DNA of 64,000 nucleotides from Octopus bimaculoides. Its lineage: Eukaryota. Shown here in pieces: positions 13,081 through 25,053 of the stretch (positions are counted from its first letter, which is position 1; every line of letters begins with the position of its first letter). Below the pieces are notes generated by a model. The model was given only the letters and a program-made list of their open reading frames with translations. It was not told the DNA's origin and did no database searches. The stretch spans positions 175,910,007-175,974,006 of the forward strand of contig NC_068982.1 of assembly GCF_001194135.2 (NCBI RefSeq), given 5' to 3'. The translations under genes and the position numbers were made by a program.

Positions 13081-14118
13081 AAGAGCAAAAATATACTCGC
13101 CTCCTCCAAATTCATTCGATTAGTGATATAGTGATGGCTTGCAAAGTACAGCGAGCTTATATGTGGTTGGTCGGTATTCAAGAATTAGCAGCCAACTCAC
13201 CCTTAAATCAGTACCGTATCATCTTAAAAAAAGGAAAGGAACATATAAAATGATGTTGTCCTAAATGCTGCTTAAAAGGAGACGGAAACGCCAAGAATGC
13301 TTTTGGTCATGGGTTTGCTCGACTGGAGTTGACCTGGAAATAAACAACAACAACTCGCCTAAACCTTTTACTCTCCTCACCTCTTTCATTTTAAAGATGT
13401 AGTGCTTTCTTGTCTTGATCTCCCGCGATGATGAAGTTATGGATCAGTGTGGTTAGACAAAAACTCCACTCCCTAAACAGCAACGGATCTTCAAAGAAGG
13501 GTGCAGCTACGCGAACAACCGGAGAATCGCGACATTTCTTAGCTATAGTACACCGTATGAGCTCTTTACAAGCGAAGAAACTAAAGAAGAGTTGTATTTC
13601 ATTGTCGTTGACCTGCATGATAGTTCAACTGCCTCAACGAAAGCCATCTGTTTGTGGCTCTAAGAATTTTCGGCCTTGACTTGTGCTGGGAAAAAAAGCG
13701 CAAAACGTAACAACACGTTCAATTTTATAGTCACAGAAGCCGTTAAACTAGCGACGAAAAGAAAAAAATGAAGCAGGGTGGCCACTGACTTCAAACAATT
13801 CAGGTTTCATGTTAGTATATATCCTTATCCAATATGCATTTACAAAACTTGTAAATAGATAAATACTTTCACATGTATATACATACTCTATTAGACGGCC
13901 TCAGGGCGCACATATACCAAACTCCTCACCAAATAAGCTGGGGTTGCTGGTTTAGTTACTGATGGCTCAACCGTCATTTACCGACATATATGGTTACCAG
14001 TAGAAGGTCTCTAGTCATCAACAGCGTAACCCCCCCCCCCCNNNNNNNNNNNNNNNNNNNNNNNNNNNNNNNNNNNNNNNNNNNNNCACACACACACACA
14101 TACACACATACACACTGG

Positions 14119-14348
14119 GCGGCGAGCTAGCAGAAACGTTAGCACGTCGGGCGAAATGCTTAGCGGTATTTCGTCTGCCGCTACGCTCTGAGTTCAAATT
14201 CCGCCGAGGTCGACTTTGCCTTTCATCCTTTCGGGGTCGATAAAATAAGTACCACTACGCACTGGGGTCGATATAATCGACTTAATCCGTTTGTCTGTCT
14301 TTGTTTGTCCCCTCTGTGTGTAGCCCCTTGTGGGTAGTAAAGAAATAA
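14119..14348 (+). mobile_element. SINE family A, intact young copy
   Basis: Complete head, core and long tail; 12-bp TSD CATACACACTGG at 14107-14118 and 14351-14362. Confidence 0.92.
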
Positions 14349-14419
14349 CGCATACACACTGGCATTAAATCCACTCTTCTTTATTTTCATAGAGCTAATA
14401 CTTAGCGTCTATTATTACA

Positions 14420-15720
14420 GTGAAAACCATCAATGAAACCTAGAAATTATTTGTGAACGATCAAAAGGCTTCTATGAGAAATATCTAAAACGCCAAGAAT
14501 TGGATTCAGTAACATTTTCGGTTTATACCGGGGATAGAATTTGAACAAAAGAAATGCATATATTTGAACACGGAAAATGTTTCCCCGACCCACCAAGCTT
14601 AATATTACTGGTCGCTTTATCTCCTTTGTTCCACAGAAGAAGCGCAACAAGATTTCATAATGTAGTATTGGTACTGATGTCAGCATTTAAGATACTTGAT
14701 TGACTTTTGGGTGGAAGGCACTCCATATATATATTAGAATTTGTAAGATCTTGATACCAGCAATAAGCTTCTACAGAAAAAGTGACATTGACAAGCTCTC
14801 TTTAAGAAGGAAAGAGCGTGGAAATGGGCTTGAAGTAAATGCAGACAGGCAGTAAATGTTTTATATCACTCAAACTCTAGCAAACAGCATCAGCAAAAAA
14901 TAAATATATCAACGAAAAAGTCCTCAAAAGTGAAGGGAACTTTTCAAGGAGTGCTCATTTCTAGATGGCCTTCTACGCAACACTAGAATTGATGCACAAG
15001 CGTACCTCAACAATGCTCTGGAAGAGAAACAATCCCCATACTAAAAAATAAAAGTTATATAGAAGTATGTTCCCGGAAACTTGAGGATAATACTGTCACT
15101 GACAGGAAGTATAGATTTTCTTGAATTCTTAACTGTTATATCACGTCATGTTTCATCACACTTATTTGCAACCCACTGCAATACATACGTACAAAATAGT
15201 TTATGAATGTCATAAGAACAAAAGAGGGCCAAACCATTATGCATCAAAAACGCGACCGAAAATGTCAGTAAACTTAGATCCCCGTGGAAGATATTACACA
15301 TGTAATCAACCGTTCATAATGTCATTAAGGTGCTACCTTCCAATATGGCATGACATTGATGCGCAAACAATATACAATGCCATCTGTAGGCTGGAATAAA
15401 TTTAGAAAATAGTTTTATTACTCGTGACATATATATGTATTAGCAGAAGAAATATTAGCGGAACATTCTTCTGCCAAATGCAAACAAAACAGGCCTGATA
15501 TATTGTGTAAGAGAGAAAGAAAACTTAAGTACAGTTACAGAGGTTAGCTGTCCTGCAGATATTTCTTTCAAAATGATTATGAAAGAGAATATTTATGTAT
15601 AACTTCTTCGAAATCTATACTTTATCTATTCGGATTATAAATGTACAATCGTGTCTATAATTACTGGAGCTCTTAGTTCGCTGTATTAGTAAATGTCTAA
15701 CTGGTAATCTTGAAAAGCTG
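14420..15720 (+). mobile_element. Second decayed REL-type non-LTR retrotransposon (RT thumb, CCHC region, PD-D/ExK nuclease), 5' truncated
   Basis: FYRKSDIDKLSLRRKERGNGL (~14770); VEDITHVI…MSLRCYLPIWHD (15284-15352); NRPDI (15488); EVSCPAD (15540); IITGAL (15658). Confidence 0.8.
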
Positions 15721-16199
15721 TGGAACTTTACATAAAAAAAGAGACCGGCTAATACGAACTTTGTAAATATAATCTGTAAGCAAAGCCGTAAAAATACGCA
15801 AGCTTACAAAAAGAAAGTCAACGTGTCGTTTCACTGTTTTTTCTTTAAATAGAAATTCCAGATAAATTATTAGAAACAAGCTCCTTCTTTATAGAAAGAA
15901 TTCATATGATTAAGAAGGATAACTACATTACATATAGAAAACTGCAAAGATACAGTAACATAAAAATAGAGTAGTCAATTTTGGACCAACAACCATTATA
16001 TTAGCTCCCACTTTGAGAGCATGCTTTTGAAATCCAGTAATTGGAAATATAAAAAAATAAGATTGCAACAAAAGAATATGAAGGTACAGGCAAAACAACT
16101 GCGACAGAGCCATCATGATACCATTTACGTATGACAACTGATGCAGTGGAGAAAACCCTATACAATGCAATTCGTAAGCAGAATAGACTTGAAAATCCA

Positions 16200-16410
16200 A
16201 ATGGTTTCAAATTTTGGCACTAAACCAGCAGTACTAGGGGAGGGAATAAGTCGATTATATTGAGTCCAGTGCTTAACTGGTACTTATTTTATCAATCCAG
16301 GAAGAGTTAAAGGCAAAATCGATTTCAGTGGTATTTGATTTCAGAACGTAAAGAGCCTGAAGAAATGCTGCTAAGCATTTTGTCCGAGGCGCTAACGAAT
16401 CCATCAGCTT
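16200..16410 (-). mobile_element. SINE family A, short-tail subtype, diverged
   Basis: Reverse complement of head and core recognisable. Confidence 0.7.
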
Positions 16411-16790
16411 ATTGCTTTATATCCTGAAGATCAAAACAAAAGCAATCAGAGTAATGTGCAAATTATGCTCGCCTATAGTATTCAAGTATACAGATGGAAT
16501 GATTTGAGTTTAGGAAAAGAATGTATCAAGTAGACGTTAATATAATGATAACGGTAAAAAGTGAAGAAAACAGAAATATCATTATTTCTAAATTTCTCTA
16601 AAGGAGACTACGGCAGCAGTATTGGGTATTAATATCTATCGCCGAGCTAACATGGCAGCCTAGAGAAATAGGACGAATGCTACCGTTGATTAGCTCCGAG
16701 AGGCCATCACCTCTAGCTAGCTACGTGACACACAAATCTGTGTTCATTACAATCTTCGAACAGGGGACGTCATCAGCTTCCTTTTGCAAC

Positions 16791-16849
16791 TTCAGCATCC
16801 ACAGACCAGTTTCGGGGTATTTGTCCCTTATCAATGTGGAGTAGCTGAA
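16791..16849 (-). ncRNA. Putative minimal type-I hammerhead ribozyme, U3:A8 core variant
   Basis: CCACA-UUGAUAA-GGG ACAAAUAC CCC-GAAAC UG GUC^UGUGG; stem I CCACA/UGUGG extended by UUCAGC/GCUGAA; stem III ACUGGU self-complementary with wobbles. Confidence 0.7.
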
Positions 16850-17009
16850 CCCAGCAGGCGTCGCTGTTGACTGTCTGTACGAAGGTTTATTCATATATAT
16901 TCAGTGGAACACATCCACTGATTTTCAAAAATAGAAATCAGTGGATGTATTCCACTGAATATATATAAATAAACACTCGGACAGACAGTCAACAGCGACG
17001 TCTGCTGGG

Positions 17010-17068
17010 TTCAGCTACTCCACATTGATATGGGACAAATACCTCGAAACCGGTCTGTGGATGTTGAA
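17010..17068 (+). ncRNA. Mirror copy of the hammerhead in the right arm (A9 to U substitution)
   Basis: CCACA-UUGAUAU-GGG ACAAAUAC CUC-GAAAC CG GUC^UGUGG; perfect palindromic stem III ACCGGU; predicted cleavage after 17055. Confidence 0.6.
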
Positions 17069-17949
17069 GCAGCAAGGGGAATCAGATGACGTCCCCTGTT
17101 CGAAGATTGTAATGGACACAGATTTGTGTGTCACGTAGCTAGCTAGAGGCAATGGCCTTGCGGAGCGAATCAACGGCAGCATTCGTCTTATTTCTCTAGG
17201 CTGCCATGTTAGCTTGGCGATAAATAATAATCAGTGAAGAAAGCGTTTTTGATCTATAGCGAACTAGTAAGAAACCTAAAGACACTACATTCCAATTATA
17301 TCTTTAAACTAATACCTGTGGTTATTGAGGTTCTTTGTTACTTCACTAACTGCTTCAATACTGAACTTGAGAATCTAGGCTTCGCAAGACTACAATTGAC
17401 AACCCATTTGAAAATTACAATTACACACCACTAATGGAACTTTAAAAATACGTAAAGCATTCCGTAAGTTTATCCTAAACTATATGTACACACCATACGT
17501 GCAGACATGCACATGCAGACAACGTATACACTTTGATAAATTAAAACATACAGATTTAGTAACTCAATATGTGTGCAAACATAGATTCGCATACATATAT
17601 AAATAAAGCTTGCATACATATATACATGTGTAAAAACAGACAAACAAAAAATTCGGTAAATCTGCACTACTGTCTCGCTTTTTCGACATCTAGGAATATA
17701 GGTTAGGAATTTCTAATATATATATTATACCCGGGATAACTACATTGGTGATGAAAATGATGCGCAAAATGCAAGGATTATAAATGGATTCTCAGTGAAA
17801 AAATCGAACCGGTCTATGCATGTGTACTCTCTCTCTCTATATATATATGTATGTACACAATGTAAATATATTAGCAATATTATTAAAAAAGAACGTGAAT
17901 TAACTTGCAGAATTTCTAAATGGTTACACGGTTATTTGGTCAACTGTTC

Positions 17950-18302
17950 ATTCGTGGCACTCTGTCGGTTATGACGACGTGGGTTCTAATTGATCTGATC
18001 AACGGAACAGCCTGCTCGTGAAGTTAACGTGTAAGTGGCTGAGTACTCCACAGATACGTGTACCCTTAACGTAGTTCTCGGGGAGATTCAGCGTGACACA
18101 GTCTGTGACAAGATTGGCCCTTTGAAATATAGGTACACAGGTACAATAGAAACAAGAGGGTTCGCCCCCACCCTACCGGAACCTCGTGGAGCTTTAGGTG
18201 TTTTCGCTCAATAAACACTCATAACACCCGGTCTGGGAATCGAAACCGCGATCCCACGACCCCGAGTCCGCTGCCCTAACCACTGGGCCATTGCGCCTCC
18301 AC
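17950..18302 (-). mobile_element. SINE family B
   Basis: Homologous to 6524-6902; 10-bp TSD TCAACTGTTC at 17940-17949 and 18303-18312. Confidence 0.9.
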
Positions 18303-20926
18303 TCAACTGTTCCTACATGTTCATTGATAGATAACCATAGTTTCACTTCAAAACATTGAATACGAAAGTTATGAGGCTAAATAACTCTGTTTTACTTGAC
18401 AACCAGAAAGTTTGATATAAGAGTATCATTTACGACTAAGAAAATCGTTGTTTTAATGAAAACGCTGATGAAAATGTTTACTTTGATGAATATATCTTAT
18501 TTAGTCTAAACGAGAAACGGATTTCGTTGATTGATCTGAGTCAAATCTATTTTCATTAAGAAGTTTATGTCTCTAATTAATTTATATGAACTTGCAACAA
18601 AAAAATGCACCTGGTATTAGTTAACACAACTTCAGTGAGCCATAAATTGGAAAACAACTTAACGTAATATTCCGCGGCACGCAACCAAATTTCAACTGCC
18701 TCATATCTTTTTCTGGTGTATCGACAAATCAATACAACAGATTTCAGTTTGAAACTAAAACTGAAACTGAAAATGTTTGCGATATTTGTGGCTCAACCTC
18801 AGCGACTTGGAGATCGTGAGCCTCATTAACATGGTCAGGATCTTAGTGTTTAAAACCAGTAAAAAAAATGTGAAAACTACTGGAGGAAACGTGATTCGTG
18901 ACCAAGAGAAAAATAATTATTCCCGGTGGTTAGGCGCCACCACAATGACCAGTAGGCCAAAGACATCATCAGCAATGACTCCAGCAAGTATATGCTATAT
19001 TTAGTATAAGATTATTTACAAGATAACGCGGGAACCTCAACGCTGTCGTTCGACGTGCTACAAATGGCAGTCGAACATCCCTCGAATTATTCCCTACCGT
19101 CTCAAAAAAGTAGGACTCATTGCATAATGTGGTCCTAGATACACTGCCTCCGTATATACAATGGTGTTTGTCTGCTAACATCCATTTACACGTTGGTTAT
19201 CACTAGTGTCGATCAAAAGATACTCATGGTAACGAACAGTCTAATCAAACCCGGAACTTCGTGTTCGCCACTGAACTCATCAGAATTCTTAATCGCACAA
19301 CCTTGCCTACTATGATTACATTTTACAGTTTAGTCACACAATCATTGTGCACCACTATCGTTATTCAACCGAATCAACCACTAAACAATTAGTTGCCTTT
19401 GTTTTTTTAGTTTGCTCGATTAATTAATTGATTACTTGCATGTATTTCTACTCTGATGTGTGAGGGGAAAAAAACTAAAGCTAGGAACACCGTTTTTCTT
19501 TTAAATCAATGGTCACTAAGCAAAATAACAAACAAATAGATATTATATTTTGTTTCCCGGCATTTTGTTTTTGAACAAGTTATTAGTGCATTAATTCTGT
19601 TACCCCAATCTTATTCAATATGTCATGTAATGGCAGATTTACAAGCCTACAGAAAGGGGGAAATATGTTAGTTACGCAGTGAACGAACTACAATATAAAT
19701 ACGTTCCATAGCAACTCGATTTCTTTCAGATAGCAGTGGTTATAATAGTAGTGTAAAATAACAATTATATACTGAGAATGCATTTAAAAAGAATATTATT
19801 TGCACTCGTTAAATTTTCTTTATTAATAGTGGGTCAAATATTTTTTCCGATTATATAATGGACTGAAAGAGTAATAGTAGCTGTATTAACAACCCCGTTC
19901 AAAGATTCCTTTGGCTAAAGCCGTTCCAAGCCTAACTATTCTGTGAATTTTTAAGACAGTGTATATACGACTATATTATCCAATGTGTTCTATTTTTCAA
20001 AGATAGTTGTGAATGAATTGAGGGAGATCTTACTGATGTTTCTAGCTGATGAAATGACCAACTTACATTTGTTGGCTCATAGCAGGGGAGTTATCAAAAG
20101 TATTTATTCTTCTTGTTACTAGAATCATTATAGTAAACAATATTCCAAACACAGGGACTTTTCTCATTGTACAAGAAAAAAAGAAAATGCCTAAATTATT
20201 CTCAAGCGATCTGTCACGAAGCATTGACGCTGCGCAAATTATGTCCCCTGAAAATGAATATTCTACAGATATTCTCTCTATATATGGTGTATTTTTACGC
20301 TTGATCTAATGTCATCTGTTTTAATGAAGTCTAATAATTATGCGCTCCCTGCTTTCAATGGAGAAGAAAAATCAATGTCTCCTACTGTTTCATTGTTGAT
20401 GACCTGAAAATATAAGCCAGTAACATCAACAGAGCCAAATATCAATTTGACTCAGTAAAAAGTATATTCACGGGCCACTGGGATGGAATTATGCCAGAAC
20501 AAACACTTATTTGTATAATAAATTAAGATAGGACTAGAAACCAACCAGGATAAGGGAGAAAAATGTACTTTCTAACACATTTTTGCCTTAAACAATGATA
20601 ATTATAAATGCCTCGGTAAAGATGAAAATGTATCTTGCATGTTTATTGGAAACAAGGCTTGAGTGACCATTAACACCAAACTCAGAAATAAAGTATTTCC
20701 ATGCTACAAAAATCATTATCTCAATATATTTACAGAATAAGTTTTGGCATTAAGATTCGGAGTCGTGACTAGAATTTCAAGTACAGTCCTTTCTTTGGTA
20801 AAGAAAAAAGAAAATATACTTAAAATTGTTAGTAATGTTTGTGCTAATTGTACCACGGACAACTGATCTATCTAAAAGAAGAAACTTGTAGGACTAATAT
20901 CTTTCAATATTCATTTACAGTTTCAT

Positions 20927-21036
20927 CTGTCCTTACGTTCTGAGTTCAAATTCCGCCGAGGCCGACCTTGCCTTTCATCCTTTCGGGGTCGATAAATTAA
21001 GTACCAGTTGCGTCCTGGGGTCGATCTAATCGACTG
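20927..21036 (+). mobile_element. SINE family A core fragment
   Basis: TTCTGAGTTCAAATTCCGCCGAGGCCGACCTTGCCTTTCATCCTTTCGGGGTCGATAAATTAAGTACCAG. Confidence 0.8.
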
Positions 21037-21310
21037 TAATCATTTACAGCTTTTATCACTTTCGGTATTTTCTGATTTTAAAAACTACTGAAGATAACTT
21101 TCTTACTCGGGACCAATATTCTTTTCTACTCTAGGCACANNNNNNNNNNNNNNNNNNNNNNNNNNNNNNNNNNNNNNNNNNNNNNNNNNNNNNNNNNNNN
21201 NNNNNNNCCCTAGTACACAACTGGTACTTTATTTATCGATACCGAAAGGACGAAAGGCAAAGTCGACTCGGAGGAATTTGAACTCAGATGGTAAAGACAG
21301 ACGAAATACC

Positions 21311-21541
21311 TATTTCTTTACTGCCCACAAGGGGCTACACACAGAGGGGACAAACAAGGACAGACAAACGGATTAAGTCGATTATATCGACCCCAGTGCG
21401 TAACTGGTACTTAATTTATCGACCCCGAAAGGATGAAGGGCAAAGTCGACCTCGGCGGAATTTAAACTCAGAACGCAGTGGCAGACGAAATACCACTAAG
21501 CATTTCGCCAGACGTGCTAACGTTTCTGCCAGCTCGCCGCC
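21311..21541 (-). mobile_element. SINE family A, full-length long-tail copy, abutting an older minus copy (~21208-21310)
   Basis: Reverse complement of 14119-14348. Confidence 0.9.
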
Positions 21542-21654
21542 TTACTCGGTACCAATGTTAGTCACACACTGGTCCAAATTCAGTCGAATTATGTACTTTT
21601 CAATACTTTATGTCATGCCCATGTTTCGTTGTAGGAACTCATTTTAAAATTAGC

Positions 21655-21875
21655 ATTAAGACAGCGAATTGACAGAATCGTCAACACGTCGAACAAAATG
21701 CTTAGCGGCATTTCTTCTGGCTTTGTGTTCTGAGTTTAAATTCCTGAGTTCAAATCCTTTAGGTACCGATAAAATAAGTCCCAGTTGAGCACTGGCGTAT
21801 ATGTAATCGACTAGCCTTTTCACTCCAAAATTTCCGACTTTGTGCCTATAGTAGAAAAGATTATTAAAACTAGAT
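21655..21875 (+). mobile_element. SINE family A, short-tail subtype, diverged
   Basis: Head AGACAGCGAATTGACAGAATCG… and core; further diverged copies at ~26512-26720(+), 26740-26925(+), 29818-29965(+), 35320-35425(-), 37395-37545(-), 62385-62622(-). Confidence 0.7.
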
Positions 21876-22002
21876 CTCCTAAAACGCCATAGAGTTCTTA
21901 TGGGAGATTTTCGCTAATCCAACATTTCGGAATATAGCTTCCAAATAGAATTTGAATGGAAAAATTCTCCTTAACAATCTCATTATTTCACGTGCATTTC
22001 AC

Positions 22003-22093
22003 GGGCATATGGCGTAGTGGTTAAAAGCGCGGGCTACTAACCCCAAGATTCCGAGTTCGATTCCAGGCAGTGACCTGAATAATAATAATAATG

Positions 22094-22124
<31 letters not shown>

Positions 22125-22325
22125 TAATAATAACAATAATAACAACAACAACATCGAAAAATACCTTAAGAATGAGAACCCAGGTTCGAAATTTCCCCAA
22201 GACACCTGATGAAGGCTGGAGGGTATATCAGCCGAAACGTTGTGTTAACAACAAACAAGATGAGGACAAATATCCGTCAATTGTAAATAATGTACATAAT
22301 TCCTCATCTCTTAAATACAGAACTG
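22003..22325 (+). mobile_element. tRNA-headed SINE with internal (AAT)n/(AAC)n and a hammerhead-bearing tail
   Basis: A box TGGCGTAGTGG (22010-22020), B box GAGTTCGATTCC (22053-22064); 6-bp direct flanks TTTCAC (21997-22002, 22326-22331); tail also present at 52735-52835. Confidence 0.85.
22201..22246 (+). ncRNA. Putative minimal type-I hammerhead ribozyme (Penelope-like)
   Basis: GACAC-CUGAUGA-A-GGCUGG AGGGUAUA UCAGCC-GAAAC GUU^GUGUU; stem I 5 bp, stem II 6 bp, palindromic AACGUU stem III; predicted cleavage after 22241. Confidence 0.75.
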
Positions 22326-24729
22326 TTTCACAAGTAAAGATTGAAATAAAGACTGGCCAAATCAGCATTAGTGTTCCCAAACTAATATTTGCGCGAAATC
22401 TATATGATCTTTCGCAAATCGCGGGACCAATATCTATATTTTGCAGATAAATCTGATTTTAATAAAACATCAAATGAAACAGAAAATTTATTCACAAAAA
22501 GTAATTTGAAAATAAATCGAATTTGTTTTATAAAACAAAATTTTTATAAAATGTTAAGACACACCTTATTTCGTTGAACCCTATGATAATTTCGTGGAAC
22601 CCTTTAATTTTTTTTCATGGAACCCTCTGCTTTCTTGGATCTCACTTTGAGAAATCCTATCACAAACTACTCGAATAGCTATAGTAACAAAAATAAGTTC
22701 TAACAAGGACTCAAAATTAAAAGTTTGTAGGAAAAAGTAAGGATTATTTAATCGATCCTATATATATTTATCGATCGATCTTGGAAAGAGTAAGCTAAAC
22801 TTGACAGCGTTTAAAAAGAGGACACAGAAAGAAGCATCTGTTGTTCCTACTAATAATGGGAGAGGGAGGAAGGGAAGTGAAAGCGTGAAAGATAAGTGAG
22901 GAAGATATATTATACACAGCCTTGTTTTTTTTTTATCTCATTACGAAAAGTAAATCCTTATATACATATATATGAATCAAGGCTTGGACAGAAAGATGGA
23001 GAGAGGTAGAGAAATGATAATCATTTTAAACAATTGATATAACCCTTTTGTGATTTGAAAAAGAACTCATTAAAAAAACTATTACTCAGACAATCTTTAC
23101 TCAGTGAGGAATAACTGAGGAAGAAGCATAACAGTCATTTGGTGGCTACAGAAAAACTGAAGTTGATTTTAATACTATTAATACACGGAACGTTTGTTGC
23201 AGGCATACAAAGCGAACATCAAAGGGAAGCAAAACGTGAAAGCCCCCTGGGACTCGAACTCACATTTATTCTTCTTGAAACGTGTAATTGCGACAATATC
23301 ATAAATCCTCTAACAATATCTAGTTGAGTGATTAACACTTTTAAATCCAAACTCGTTCTGAGATCAGTTATTTAATCTGAGATATTTGCATTTTGCATAC
23401 GTTTGTTTTCAATCTGCTTTCGATGTCACAGTCTATATTCTGATGTGAAGCACTCTCACGACCTAATGTCGACTAGATTGAAAGTATAGTACATGACGAC
23501 TGTGGTTCATGTTCAGCCTCAGGTTAACCTTGATCGGTGGTTTCTATTCCAATAGTTACCTCCGAGACTTATTTCAGTGTATGAAGAATTATAATGTCCA
23601 ATGTGTTCTCCCATCTTTACATCCATACATACGTTTCCAGTATTGTTTCTGGTAACATGTTATTACTTTCCACGTGAGAAAAAAAAAAGACATTACAGAA
23701 GAGTACAGCTGTAAAGGCTTTCTATGTTGATAGTAAGCAAGTTATAGGCCAATAATTTTCTCTGATATTTTGTTTTGGGAAATAAATGTTATTTTGCACC
23801 TTCAGCATATAATTACGCACTGAATCTCATTTGCGTAACATTTAATTGAATACCACAACCCTATAACTATGGTATAGCGTGGTTGCATTCAATGTTTAGA
23901 AGCCTCAATAGAAATTGGGGACCATGTCAGTGCCAGACGCTTTCCAGTTACTTGTAGATCTTAATATATTAGCGAATATCTTGCTGGCTGTTGAGTATTA
24001 TGCTTACGGTGCTATATTTTTTACCTGTTCTCTTGATGCATTATAATTTTTTTTTTATTGTATGAAAAGATTTTGTTCCGTTTCTTTCCAGTTTTACTCG
24101 AATTTTTGTTGATACTGGTGTGTCTTCCAGCGTTATATATATATATTTTTTGTTAATATCGCAGTAGAATTTTTTAATATTTAATACAAATACATATTTT
24201 ACATGGAAGAAGCGTTTACGTTTTTGAAGCGTTTTATCCGGCATGTTTTTGCTGATATTTGTTCAAGCTTATATTTTGCTTTCAGGTTGTCTTTTATTTT
24301 TTTATCGTTACACTTTTCATATTTACGCTCTTTTTAAAACTTTTTCATGCTGGATCCCTTCTTTCTCATTTCGCTAAGTAAGGATAAGGCTTCCATTTTT
24401 CCTTCAGTTTTATGTGATTAATGTTTATTTTTTTTTAATCTCTCCTTAAGAAACAGGCAAAATACCTTGCAATATTAAATGTAGTAACCATTAAAACTTT
24501 AATTTTTGTTTGCCTTCGTTTTTCTCATCAGAATGCGGCTATGCTGGGGTATCGTCTTGACTCTTTAATCGAATGAATGAATCCACCCCAGTACTTCTTT
24601 TTCAAAGCCTGGCACTTGTTCTATCAGTCATTTTTGCCGAACTGTTAAGTTATGGAGTCGCAAACACTCCAAGCCTTGGTTGGAGACAAATACAGACGCA
24701 ATTACTCACACACAACTATGCATATATAT

Positions 24730-24777
<48 letters not shown>

Positions 24778-25053
24778 GTATATATATACATACATATATA
24801 TATATATATANNNNNNNNNNNNNNNNNNNNNNNNNNNNNNNNNNNNNNNNNNNNNNNNNNNNNNNNNNNNNNNNNNNNNNNNNNNNNNNNNNNNNNNNNN
24901 NNNNNNNNNNNNNNNNNNNNNNNNNNNNNNNNNNNNNNACACACACACACACACACTAAATTACGCAAAAATGAAAATAACACTGATATCTCATTTTAGC
25001 AGATATATTTACCAAAATTGCAGAAAAATATCTTGAAATACTAAAGAGTTAAT

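Larger units (their letters stand above)
16639..17220. mobile_element. Foldback element with ~285-bp inverted arms, flanked by TA on both sides
   Basis: TA|TCGCCGAGCTAACATGGCAGCC … GGCTGCCATGTTAGCTTGGCGA|TA (TA at 16637-38 and 17221-22); arms align along their whole length with scattered, mostly transition, differences; centre ~16930. Confidence 0.92.

Noticed and set aside
18751-18820. CDICG peptide suggesting a C2H2 zinc finger
   Set aside because: No F/L/HxxxH continuation, and a stop follows
19250-19290. CTGATGA…GAAG hammerhead-like string on the minus strand (also 16760-16778 and 47455-47486)
   Set aside because: No GAAA directly after stem II, and no stem I or III support
22003-22075. 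Possible tRNA gene
   Set aside because: No acceptor stem; it continues into a SINE body with flanking direct repeats
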